NCBI GenBank assembly: GCA_050247075.1
Contig: JBFWUW010000037.1
Span: 1 to 64,000, forward strand
DNA: 64,000 nucleotides
From: Pirellulales bacterium
GTDB taxonomy: Bacteria; Planctomycetota; Planctomycetia; Pirellulales; JBFWUW01
Reading direction: 5' to 3'
Made by a program: the position numbers and the translations under genes. The notes below the pieces were generated by a model. The model was not told the DNA's origin. It made no database searches and worked only from the letters and a program-made list of their open reading frames with translations. How positions within the stretch are numbered: the first letter of the stretch is position 1; each line of letters opens with the position of its first letter. Shown here piece by piece: positions 53,475-62,179 of this stretch.

Positions 53475-53665
53475 GACAAGCCATGTACTGCCTGGACAGC
53501 GCAATGCTCGCCTGTTGGCCGCTGTAATCGGCCCGCTGCGACTGTTGCGTGGAAATCAGGCTTACGTGGGCTGAAGCCCACGCCACGGTCGCCTTCCGCG
53601 GGCATGCCAAATAAACGCGGGAGAGCGCCATTAGCGACGCTCCCCCGCTTCATACGCCACGACTG

Positions 53666-53866
53666 CTATTGAGCGCAGGCGCACCCAACGCATGCGCATA
53701 CGTCACAGGTGCAGAACAGGCCGTTGCAATCGGGGCAGTGGCATTCCACGCAGCCGCAACAGGTACTGGCCCGCGGGGCCGATGGCGTTGGCCTGGCATA
53801 CGACAGGGCAGCCATCGACACGACAACCGCTGCCAACAGCAGCGCGAACTTCGAGAGACGCTTCAT
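53666..53866 (-). CDS. small secreted cysteine-rich peptide (66 aa; 13 Cys in a 42-aa mature part)
   Basis: MKRLSKFALLLAAVVVSMAALSYA|RPTPSAPRASTCCGCVECHCPDCNGLFCTCDVCACVGCACAQ. Signal peptide, AGGA 8 nt upstream, GC3-rich coding bias. Confidence 0.5.
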   Translation of the reverse strand: MKRLSKFALLLAAVVVSMAALSYARPTPSAPRASTCCGCVECHCPDCNGLFCTCDVCACVGCACAQ

Positions 53867-53933
53867 GGAAGAATCCTTTCAGGCAAACTGGTTGTGAAAA
53901 AATAGAAACGAAACGACGGGCAGCCCCGTGGTT

Positions 53934-54365
53934 TCATTTCAACCAGATGCAGAAAAGCGCCAGCAATTTCGGACCAGCTCGCGAAGGTCGTTCCTCGGCC
54001 CGATCGAAATACTCGGCGGAAGAGAATGCGGAAAGGCTAGCCGCCGGAAAAACAGCCCAGCCCGCCAACTGCCGTTTGACGGCGGACAAGTCGAATAGTT
54101 CTCGCACGATGGGAGCCAGCGGAGGGGTGTGCTGGCAACAACAGCAAGTCCGGTCCAACAGTGCCGCGCCCCTGGCTGGCTGTTTCTTGGCGCAACAAGC
54201 ATGTTTCGGGCGGGCAGCATCCCCGGCCATGGAATGCGAACAGCAAGCCCGCTCGGGGCCGGCCCGCCTTGCACAACAGCACGGCCTAGCCACCGCCGCG
54301 ATCGGATTGACCGCCACGGCCAGCAACGTAATAAGAGCGACGATGGATCGAAGCGCTTTCATCAC
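53934..54365 (-). CDS. small secreted cysteine-rich protein with CC/CCC/CCCC clusters (C-terminal extent uncertain)
   Basis: MMKALRSIVALITLLAVAVNPIAAVA|RPCCCARRAGPERACCSHSMAGDAARPKHACCAKKQPARGAALLDRTCCCCQH... Signal peptide and the same A|RP junction as the neighbour. Confidence 0.45.
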   Translation of the reverse strand: MMKALRSIVALITLLAVAVNPIAAVARPCCCARRAGPERACCSHSMAGDAARPKHACCAKKQPARGAALLDRTCCCCQHTPPLAPIVRELFDLSAVKRQLAGWAVFPAASLSAFSSAEYFDRAEERPSRAGPKLLALFCIWLK

Positions 54366-54560
54366 ATTTGCATCGTATGAAGTTTGGCGCGGGCAAGCAA
54401 CTTTGATTCGCCGGTACTAGACCGAAGGCGATGCTATTACCGCTTTCACAAAGGTTCATCCACTCCACGAACCTCTATAGAATTCTAGCGAGCGCCCGTC
54501 GATTCCAGATTGGCCGTTTTGACGGGGCGGCCGCGACCGAGGTCCGTGCCCGGAATTGTC

Positions 54561-56015
54561 TCAACCACGGATCTCCGGCACGATGCTGCCTTCATTCACC
54601 GTGGGACGTTCGGGCCGGCCTTGATGGTGGTAGAGCAACCGGGTGTGATCGAGGCCAAGCAAATCAAGAATCGACGCGTGCAAGTCGTGGACGTGGATGC
54701 GGTTCTCCACCGCTTTCAAGCCAAAGTCGTCGGTCGCGCCAATCACGCGGCCGCCGCGAACTCCGCCCCCGGCCAGCCACATGGTAAAACCGTAAGGGTT
54801 GTGGTCGCGGCCGTCCCCTTTTTCGGACATCGGCGTGCGGCCGAACTCGCCCCCCCAGATCACCAGGGTGGAATCAAGCAGCCCGCGGGCTTTCAGATCG
54901 GCCAGCAGAGCGGCAATCGGCCGGTCGGTGGCTTGGCAAAGTTGGCCGTGGTTTTCCTCAATTTTGCTGTGGGCATCCCAGCGGCTGCCAGATCCGCCGT
55001 AAAGTTGCACGAAGCGCACGCCGCGTTCCACTAGCCGTCTGGCCAACAGACAATTGCGGCCAAACGCGGCGGTGGCCGGTTTGTCGATGCCATAGGCCGT
55101 TTGTGTGGCGGCGGTTTCTTGGGCCAAATCGACGGTCTCCGGTGCCTCGGCCTGCATGCGAAAGGCGAGTTCGTAGGAAGCAATGCGGGCCTCTAGTTCG
55201 CTATCACCAGGACGGTCTTGCGCATGCTGTCGATTGAGATGGGCGATGAAGTCAAGCTTGCGGCGTTGTTGCGAATCGGCCACTTGTTCTGGCGGTGCCA
55301 GGTGCAAAATGGGCCGCGGACCAGCCAAAAACCTGGTCCCTTGGTAGGTGGAAGGCATAAAACCGGTGCCCCACACGCGGCTGCCGCCGGGCGGCTCGCG
55401 GTCGCCATCCAGCAGCACCACGAACGACGGCAAATTCTGGCTCTCCGACCCCAGCCCATAGGTCACCCACGATCCCAAACTGGGCCGGCCCGCCAGGATA
55501 CTGCCGGTGTTCATCTGGCAAACGCTGCCGACATGGTTCAGGCCGTTGGCCCAACAAGACCGCACCACGGCGATATCGTCGATGCAGCGCCCAACGTGCG
55601 GGTACCAGTCGGATACTTCAATCCCGCTTTGGCCGTGGCGGGTCCACGTTCGCTTCGTCGGCAAGATGGGATTTTCGGAGACACCCATCGGCGTCAACAC
55701 ACGCTCGATCGAAGCCGGCAATGGTTGGCCGGCCAGTTCGTTGACTTTGGGTTTGTGGTCGAACGTATCCAGGTGGCTTGGCCCGCCATCCATAAACAAG
55801 AAAATCACGCTCCGCGCAGTCGCCCCATGATGGCCGGCCCGCGGCGCCAAGGGAGAAGTTGCCTGGGAATCGTCGGCGGCAACAGGTGACGGCTCGACCG
55901 ACTCGGCCAACAACGCCGCCAGCGCCAAGACACCGAATCCTCCGCCGGCCCGAGTTAAGAAATCGCGGCGGTGGCTGAAAGAGGCGAGCGGCAATGGCTG
56001 ACGGTCAATCGACAT
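54561..56015 (-). CDS. DUF1501 family protein (Tat-signal, sulfatase-like fold)
   Basis: RRDFLTRAGGGFGVLALAAL Tat motif and conserved DUF1501 blocks. Overlaps the start region of the DUF1549/1553 gene, the classic pairing. Confidence 0.85.
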   Translation of the reverse strand: MSIDRQPLPLASFSHRRDFLTRAGGGFGVLALAALLAESVEPSPVAADDSQATSPLAPRAGHHGATARSVIFLFMDGGPSHLDTFDHKPKVNELAGQPLPASIERVLTPMGVSENPILPTKRTWTRHGQSGIEVSDWYPHVGRCIDDIAVVRSCWANGLNHVGSVCQMNTGSILAGRPSLGSWVTYGLGSESQNLPSFVVLLDGDREPPGGSRVWGTGFMPSTYQGTRFLAGPRPILHLAPPEQVADSQQRRKLDFIAHLNRQHAQDRPGDSELEARIASYELAFRMQAEAPETVDLAQETAATQTAYGIDKPATAAFGRNCLLARRLVERGVRFVQLYGGSGSRWDAHSKIEENHGQLCQATDRPIAALLADLKARGLLDSTLVIWGGEFGRTPMSEKGDGRDHNPYGFTMWLAGGGVRGGRVIGATDDFGLKAVENRIHVHDLHASILDLLGLDHTRLLYHHQGRPERPTVNEGSIVPEIRG

Positions 56016-58380
56016 ACAAAAACTCGTTGGAATTCATCAGGGCGTGGCAAAAATCGACCAAGGCGGCCCCTTGCGCGGGATCATAAAACTTGGGAAACGG
56101 CGTAGGCAGCAAGACATCGGCTCCTTGCGCCGTTCGGGCTGCGATAGCCGCGGTTTGATCGGACAAGAATTGGCCGCCAGCATGCTGCTCGGCCGCGGTT
56201 GCCGGTCGGCCAAACGCCAGCAGGCAGGCCTTATCCACCTGCCGCATTGGCGACAGCATGGGGTCGTCCGCCAGCAATCGACCGGCGAATGCCTGTGCAT
56301 AGCTCAACACCAGATGGCTATTGAGCAACGTCAAGGCTTGCGGCGAAGTGGTCGTCATCTGGCGGCAAGCGCAGCTTTCGTGCATGTCGGGCAGATCGAA
56401 AGCGCCTAGCAACGGATAGGGCAAATTGCGTTTGGCCAGAATATATACCGAGCGGCGGCAGCGATCGGCCAGATCGGGTGAAACCGTCCACGACTCGCGC
56501 GACGAATAGCCGGGGGGGAGTGGTGGGCAGATGCCCGGCCCATGCATCCGCGGATTGAGCAGCCCGGAGACCGCCAACAACGAATCACGCACCGACTCCG
56601 CCTCCAAACGGCGGCGCGGAAACCGCCAGTACCAGCGGTTCGTGGGATCGGCCGAATAGGTTGTGGCAATCGGCTCCTGGGTCGCGGCGCGGCTGCTTTG
56701 AAGGTAAACGCATGATGTCATGATCAGCCGATGCATGCGTTTCAGCGACCAGGGGACTGTTGCCGATTCGGCCTGCCAGGTCGGCGTGACGAGTTCCGCC
56801 GAGAGCCAGTCGAGCAGTTCGGCGTACAGCGGTTCGCCCCCTTGTACCCCCAAGTCGTTGCCGTTTTGCACCAGACCGCGGCCAAAATGCCCCTGCCACA
56901 AGCGATTGGCCATCACCCTGGCGGTGAGCGGATTGCGGGCGTCGGTGATCCAGCGGGCCAGCGCCGCGCGGCGGCCGGAACTGCCCGGCCGCAATGGCGG
57001 CGGAATCGTTGCCGCCGCGGCCGGGTCGGCGGATATCGCGGACAAGAAGCCCGGTGCCACTTCTTCCTCGGGCCATTCGTAGCTGCCGCCCGACAGCAAA
57101 TAGGTAGTGGGCGGATGGGGACCGTCGATGCCAGCCATCACGTCGGTATCACGGCCAGCCGGCCGGGCGGCCTCCATCTCTTCGATTTGAAGCAGCAATT
57201 GCTGCCTTCGCGATTGCTGCTCTGCCGACAGTTTCTTGAGCAGTTCCGCCTCGGTGATCGGAATTTGCCGCTCGGCAAAGAAGGCAAATTGTTGCTGCAA
57301 CGATGACCGCCGCGACGGATGCAGATCAATCGAAGCCAACACGGCCGAGGGAAACTTCAGCCGCCGCTCGCCGCCAATGGCGATCCGCGCCGGCAGTTCC
57401 AGTTGGCGCAGTTCCTCGCGCAAGGGATCAACGGCTGCCTTCCAGCGGTCGATTGCCGCCAATCGTGTCCGCAACTCCTCTGGCGTGCCCAACATGGCCT
57501 GATCGGCTGGCACCACCGCGGCAAAAAACGCTTGCAGCCGGTAAAAATCGCGCTGCGGCAGATCGTCGAACTTATGGTCGTGGCACTGCGCACAAGCCAG
57601 CGATTGCCCCAACAAGGCCGAACCGACCACACCCGTCAGGTCGTTCAATTGGTCTTGGCGGGCCAGCAGCACGTTCGAGGCATTGCTTTCGTCGGGCTGC
57701 AGCCGCAGAAACCCGGTCGCCACCAGTGCTGCTTCATCGTCGGGAAACAGTTCGTCGCCGGCCAGTTGCTGTTGCACGAAGCGATCGTAGGGCAGGTCGG
57801 CATTGAATGCCTGAATGACGTAATCACGATAACGGTACGCCAGCGGCCGCACGGGATCGGCGTTGTAACCCGCACTGTCGGCATAGCGGACCACGTCCAG
57901 CCAATGCCGGCCCCAACGCTCTCCATAATGGGGGCTGGCCAGCAAGCGGTCGAGCAACCGCGTGTAGGCGTCTTCCGACTGGTCGGCGGCAAACTCGTCA
58001 ATCTCGTCGGGTGTTGGCGGCAGGCCGTGGAGGTCAAACTTGGCACGCCGCAGCAATTCATACTTGCCAGCGGGCGGAGAGAGCGACAGCCCCTCTGCCG
58101 ACAAACGGCGCTGGATGAAGGCATCAATGGGATTTGCCGCGGGCCGGACGGCTTGTTCCGTGGGAATGGCGGGCCGCATGACCGGGCGATAGGCCCAATA
58201 GGTAGCGTCCGTTCGGAAAGGGTTAACCGCTGGATCAGCCTCGGCCCCGCGGATCGGCCCGACGACAACCGCCAACCATAGCCAACACCACACATTTATC
58301 CAGCCCAGCCGATATTTCGAGCGTGGACCAGCGAGTAGCGGCGGATTTCGGCCGGTTTTCAATCGCATGGAATCCATCAA
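56005..58380 (-). CDS. DUF1549 (PSCyt2) + DUF1553 (PSD1) domain protein
   Basis: LACAQCHDHKFDDLPQRDFYRLQAFF is the DUF1549 signature. The C-terminal DUF1553 part carries the MHESCACRQ motif. Signal/TM at the N-terminus. 791 aa. Confidence 0.85.
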   Translation of the reverse strand: MMDSMRLKTGRNPPLLAGPRSKYRLGWINVWCWLWLAVVVGPIRGAEADPAVNPFRTDATYWAYRPVMRPAIPTEQAVRPAANPIDAFIQRRLSAEGLSLSPPAGKYELLRRAKFDLHGLPPTPDEIDEFAADQSEDAYTRLLDRLLASPHYGERWGRHWLDVVRYADSAGYNADPVRPLAYRYRDYVIQAFNADLPYDRFVQQQLAGDELFPDDEAALVATGFLRLQPDESNASNVLLARQDQLNDLTGVVGSALLGQSLACAQCHDHKFDDLPQRDFYRLQAFFAAVVPADQAMLGTPEELRTRLAAIDRWKAAVDPLREELRQLELPARIAIGGERRLKFPSAVLASIDLHPSRRSSLQQQFAFFAERQIPITEAELLKKLSAEQQSRRQQLLLQIEEMEAARPAGRDTDVMAGIDGPHPPTTYLLSGGSYEWPEEEVAPGFLSAISADPAAAATIPPPLRPGSSGRRAALARWITDARNPLTARVMANRLWQGHFGRGLVQNGNDLGVQGGEPLYAELLDWLSAELVTPTWQAESATVPWSLKRMHRLIMTSCVYLQSSRAATQEPIATTYSADPTNRWYWRFPRRRLEAESVRDSLLAVSGLLNPRMHGPGICPPLPPGYSSRESWTVSPDLADRCRRSVYILAKRNLPYPLLGAFDLPDMHESCACRQMTTTSPQALTLLNSHLVLSYAQAFAGRLLADDPMLSPMRQVDKACLLAFGRPATAAEQHAGGQFLSDQTAAIAARTAQGADVLLPTPFPKFYDPAQGAALVDFCHALMNSNEFLYVD

Positions 58381-58599
58381 CGCGGGATGTACGAAACGCC
58401 TTCAGGCTATTTTGCACCCTCAACCGCCGACCGTCCAGTCGATTGTCTCCATCGCGGGCCGTCGTTGACTCAATCCTCAAATACATGAATCTTGAGAAGA
58501 CCGCTTGAGGCATGGCCGGCACTCTCTAGAATGGTGAATCGCCGAAGATTGCTTCGGCGTTGTTCCAGGTGATGAAAACAATGGTCAGGAGAGCAAGCC

Positions 58600-58794
58600 A
58601 TGCCCATGAGCGGTCCGATCGTGCGTTCGGGTCCAACCCCAGAATTCTCGAAGAACTGGGATAGCGTCTTTGGCGGCAAGAAGCCAGCCGCGCCCGCCAA
58701 AAAGGCCGATGCGCCCAAGGCTGCCAAAAAATCAGCCAAGAAGCCCGTCAAGAAGGCTGCTACTAAAAAGGCCGCCAAGAAAGGGAAGAAGTAA
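58600..58794 (+). CDS. small basic Lys/Ala/Pro-rich protein, histone H1-like
   Basis: MPMSGPIVRSGPTPEFSKNWDSVFGGKKPAAPAKKADAPKAAKKSAKKPVKKAATKKAAKKGKK. SD AGGAG upstream. Confidence 0.5.
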   Translation: MPMSGPIVRSGPTPEFSKNWDSVFGGKKPAAPAKKADAPKAAKKSAKKPVKKAATKKAAKKGKK

Positions 58795-58835
58795 CCGCGG
58801 CGGCAGCAAGCCGATCAAGGGGCCGACTGGCTAGA

Positions 58836-59894
58836 CTACTCCGCCGTCGATGCGGCCGAGTGGGCTTCCGCGGGCATTCCAAAACGTGGCCGCAACCGTT
58901 CCAACTGTTCGCGGCGTACCAATTCGTCGGCTAGCGGATCAAAATCCAGCGGCTCCTCGATCAGCATTGTCAACTGCCTGGCGGCTATCTGACGGGTGGC
59001 GGAATCGCTCCGATCCAACAACACAAACCATGTTTGCGGATCCCATGACATCCAAAAAGCAATCCGCTCTACGGAATCGTCGGCGATCCCCACATCGATC
59101 GAGTCGATAATGCGGCGGATGCGGATGCGCTGCTCGGCCGAGAGCTGGCGGCGGTCCAGGCTGCGAAGGTAGGGCATGACCGCCACGCCCGCCCCTCGCA
59201 ATTCGCGGTCTGCCGCTTCGCGCGCCGCGAAACGGTCGTTGGTAAGCCGCTCCACCAGTTCGCCCCAGACCTTGCGGCCCGCCGTGCGCGACTGGCCCGC
59301 CGTGGCCAGCAGGGCCGCTTCCAGCCCGCTAGCCAGATCGGCCAATTTCCAATCGGGCTGCAACATTTGCACGATCGGCAGCATTTCTTGCTGCATGATG
59401 TCCGGCTCGGCCAGCGCCAGCAGCCACAGTGAGGACGCCGTCACGGTCTTGATCTCGGCATCCTCATCCTGCTGAATGGATAGCGTCAGCGGGCCGCGCA
59501 GTGGTTGGATAAGTTCCAGCCAGGAACCGGTCCCCATGCCGCGGGGCTCGCGCTGCACGGTCAGTTCGTCGCTGCTGGTGCCATTAATCACCACACGTTC
59601 GTCTTTGGTGGCCAACTCATAGCTGAAGACAGGAATGCCGTTCGACAAGTTGATCGAAAGCTTTTCCTCGCGGCCGTTGTTCTTAGTCGATGAGGAAACC
59701 TGCCGGCCAAACAACTGGCTGCTGATGGAAAAGCGGCCCGAGACCACCCGAAATTGCAGCCACCGCAAATTATTCGACACGCCCGACCCGCGTCGTTGCC
59801 TGGCCGGCTGAGGAGGCAATTGCGCCCAGCCGTGGGTGGCCAGCGATGATAGAGTTGCGCCCAGCAGGAGCCGGCAGATCAAGCCGCGTGACAT
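58836..59894 (-). CDS. hypothetical secreted protein
   Basis: Signal peptide MSRGLICRLLLGATLSSLATHGWAQ. No recognisable domain. Lies immediately downstream of the VWA gene on the same strand. Confidence 0.45.
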   Translation of the reverse strand: MSRGLICRLLLGATLSSLATHGWAQLPPQPARQRRGSGVSNNLRWLQFRVVSGRFSISSQLFGRQVSSSTKNNGREEKLSINLSNGIPVFSYELATKDERVVINGTSSDELTVQREPRGMGTGSWLELIQPLRGPLTLSIQQDEDAEIKTVTASSLWLLALAEPDIMQQEMLPIVQMLQPDWKLADLASGLEAALLATAGQSRTAGRKVWGELVERLTNDRFAAREAADRELRGAGVAVMPYLRSLDRRQLSAEQRIRIRRIIDSIDVGIADDSVERIAFWMSWDPQTWFVLLDRSDSATRQIAARQLTMLIEEPLDFDPLADELVRREQLERLRPRFGMPAEAHSAASTAE

Positions 59895-59944
59895 CTTCGG
59901 GCCTCTTGCGGAGTGAAGTTGTCTGGAGGAGGCGGAACCGCTTT

Positions 59945-61972
59945 CTACAGTTTGGGCAGTTTGACTTGCTCTGGCTTTTTCAGCACTTGCGGTTGTTCCG
60001 TGCGCCGGGTACGGTCTGGCGCTCTTGGCGGCGGAGGAACCGGATTGGCCGGCCGAACCATCGGCTTAGGCGGCGGTGGCGGCGGATCGTAGGCCTCGTT
60101 GACCTTGAAGCCCAATGGATTCACCAGCTCTCGCTGAGCCAACATGCTCCAAGGCGTGTTCGGATTGAGCTGCACGCAACGGTTCAGCAGCCGCAGAGAC
60201 TCGGCGGCTTGCCGATCAGAGGCCGTGCCGAAATTCAACTTGGCATCGGGCACAAACTCCCAGCGGTTGGACTGCTTTTCGACGAAATCGGTCCCCTTGC
60301 CTTTCATAATGGCGCAGGCCCAGTTGTACTCGTTGCAGCGCACGCGCATGGCCAACAGCCGGCCGTAGGTCAAGTCGTACCAGGCGCGCCATCGATACGA
60401 CTTTTCTTGCTTGTAGGCATCTTCCAGCCCCTTGCTGCCAAAAGCAGCCAATGCCTCGTCCAGAATGGCCGAGTTATAGGCTACGGTTTCTTGCGCCTCG
60501 CGCATCTGCTGCTGAAAATCATTAGCCGTGGGGGCAAAACGCAATTGGGGGGTGTCCTTCAGCTTGCGCTGGAAAGTCACATCCACGGCCTTCAAAATGG
60601 CCGAACGCAACGGGCTGGCCGAGGCCCGCCGCATGTATTCGCCCGATGAGTTGTATTCCGGCAGGTAGTCTTGCATCTCCTCCAGACGGAATGGCGATGC
60701 ATCGGCCTCGTGATCCTTGATGAAATACATGCCTCCGGTGGCACCCGTCAGGCGGGCCAGGGCAAACGGGGCCAGGCCAGAATGCAATGTTTCGTGCTGC
60801 GGTCCCTTAAACCAGTACGGCAGCCGGAGGCGCTCTTGACGGATGGCGTCTGGCCCGCGGCTGACCGGCAGCATGTAGACTTGGCCATCCTCGGGATGCT
60901 TATAGGCTACCTTGCCAATCTCTTGGCCAAACATGGCCGAGGGGCCGACGGCGTAGACCATGATCGACTGCTTTTGGCACAAGGCCACCGCGTCTTCCAA
61001 TCGCGAATAGTCGTCTCCCGATTCGTCCGTCCAGATGATGAACATGATCCGGCGGCGTTCGCGCGTGTGAAAAACCTTGTAGCGTTCGGCCGAGCCATAC
61101 ACCGTTTGAAAGACATTCTCAATCCCCGACTCATCGTTGGGGATCTTCTTCATGGCCGCCACGACTTTGTCCACATCGTTGGTTGGGCCGACCATTTCGT
61201 CGGCCTTCTCCCCAAAACTAACGACCGCGCTTAGCAAGTCCTGGTGAGAGGGATTGACTTGTTCCAACTGGCTGTAAATGCGCTGCAGCCGGTCGGCCAC
61301 CTCTTGGCGGTCGGCCGCAAGGCTAAGCGAGGCATCCATCAGCCAGACAACCAACAACTTGTGTTCATCCAATTGTTCGCTGATTTCATAGGTCAGCCGG
61401 TCAACGGCCCCTTCGACATGCGCCACTTCATGCGCGCCAATCGTCCCTTCGCGCAGCAGCAGATCGTCTTGCAGCATCCCCTTGATTTCCTCGATCGACT
61501 CCAGCGTCAACATCGGAGCCTCGACAGTCACTTCCTCGATGGTAACTTGCCGGGCGTTCTCCAAGACGGCGTCGTCCGCTTGCAGCGGCGCTACCGACAT
61601 GGCCAGCGAACTCAGCAAGTCCTCTTGCGGTTCATCGTCGGGACGCAAGCTAAAGTCAGGGTCCAAGGGGACCGACTCTTCCTCGGGATCGGCTTCGGTC
61701 GCCGTCAGCAGATGCTCCATCGGTTCAATCGGCCGGATATCGGCAGCCAGGTTGGCATAAATGGCCAACACGGTGGCATGCACAACCGCACTCAATGCGG
61801 GGCTAATCAGCCACTTGGCGGAGTGCGACATCCGGGCACGGGCCAGATCCCACATCCGGTCCCAGGGAGAAATCGTATAGGGCAGATCGAAAGCAGGCCG
61901 CAGGCCCGCCTCCCACCGCATTTCCGCCAGTCGATGAACCACCGCAAACATGGCATCTCCTCGTGCTAGCAC
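59945..61972 (-). CDS. von Willebrand factor type A (VWA) domain membrane protein with Pro-rich C-terminus
   Basis: N-terminal TM, VWA MIDAS motif LLVVWLMDASLSL ... IMFIIWTDESGDD, C-terminal PPPPPPKPMVRPANPVPPPPRAP. Confidence 0.65.
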   Translation of the reverse strand: MLARGDAMFAVVHRLAEMRWEAGLRPAFDLPYTISPWDRMWDLARARMSHSAKWLISPALSAVVHATVLAIYANLAADIRPIEPMEHLLTATEADPEEESVPLDPDFSLRPDDEPQEDLLSSLAMSVAPLQADDAVLENARQVTIEEVTVEAPMLTLESIEEIKGMLQDDLLLREGTIGAHEVAHVEGAVDRLTYEISEQLDEHKLLVVWLMDASLSLAADRQEVADRLQRIYSQLEQVNPSHQDLLSAVVSFGEKADEMVGPTNDVDKVVAAMKKIPNDESGIENVFQTVYGSAERYKVFHTRERRRIMFIIWTDESGDDYSRLEDAVALCQKQSIMVYAVGPSAMFGQEIGKVAYKHPEDGQVYMLPVSRGPDAIRQERLRLPYWFKGPQHETLHSGLAPFALARLTGATGGMYFIKDHEADASPFRLEEMQDYLPEYNSSGEYMRRASASPLRSAILKAVDVTFQRKLKDTPQLRFAPTANDFQQQMREAQETVAYNSAILDEALAAFGSKGLEDAYKQEKSYRWRAWYDLTYGRLLAMRVRCNEYNWACAIMKGKGTDFVEKQSNRWEFVPDAKLNFGTASDRQAAESLRLLNRCVQLNPNTPWSMLAQRELVNPLGFKVNEAYDPPPPPPKPMVRPANPVPPPPRAPDRTRRTEQPQVLKKPEQVKLPKL

Positions 61973-62179
61973 GCAGTGTCACAAACGGCCGGACCATTTG
62001 CATGTTGGCCCAGCGGCGGCTGGCAGCCGAATTGAATCGTCCCGGTTCCCGTCTCATGGAAACCGCGGCACGCAACTGCCATCGCCGCTTGGCATTGTAT
62101 CAATTCGGCGGCCAACAACCTACTAGAATATCCAATCGTTCCGAGAACCGCCATTTATTGCCGCCGCACCACATTTACC

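Noticed and set aside
53380-53480. CRISPR array
   Set aside because: Only three 17-nt direct repeats with no intervening unique spacers of 30-40 nt and no cas genes in the window. Classified as a tandem repeat/regulatory element instead.
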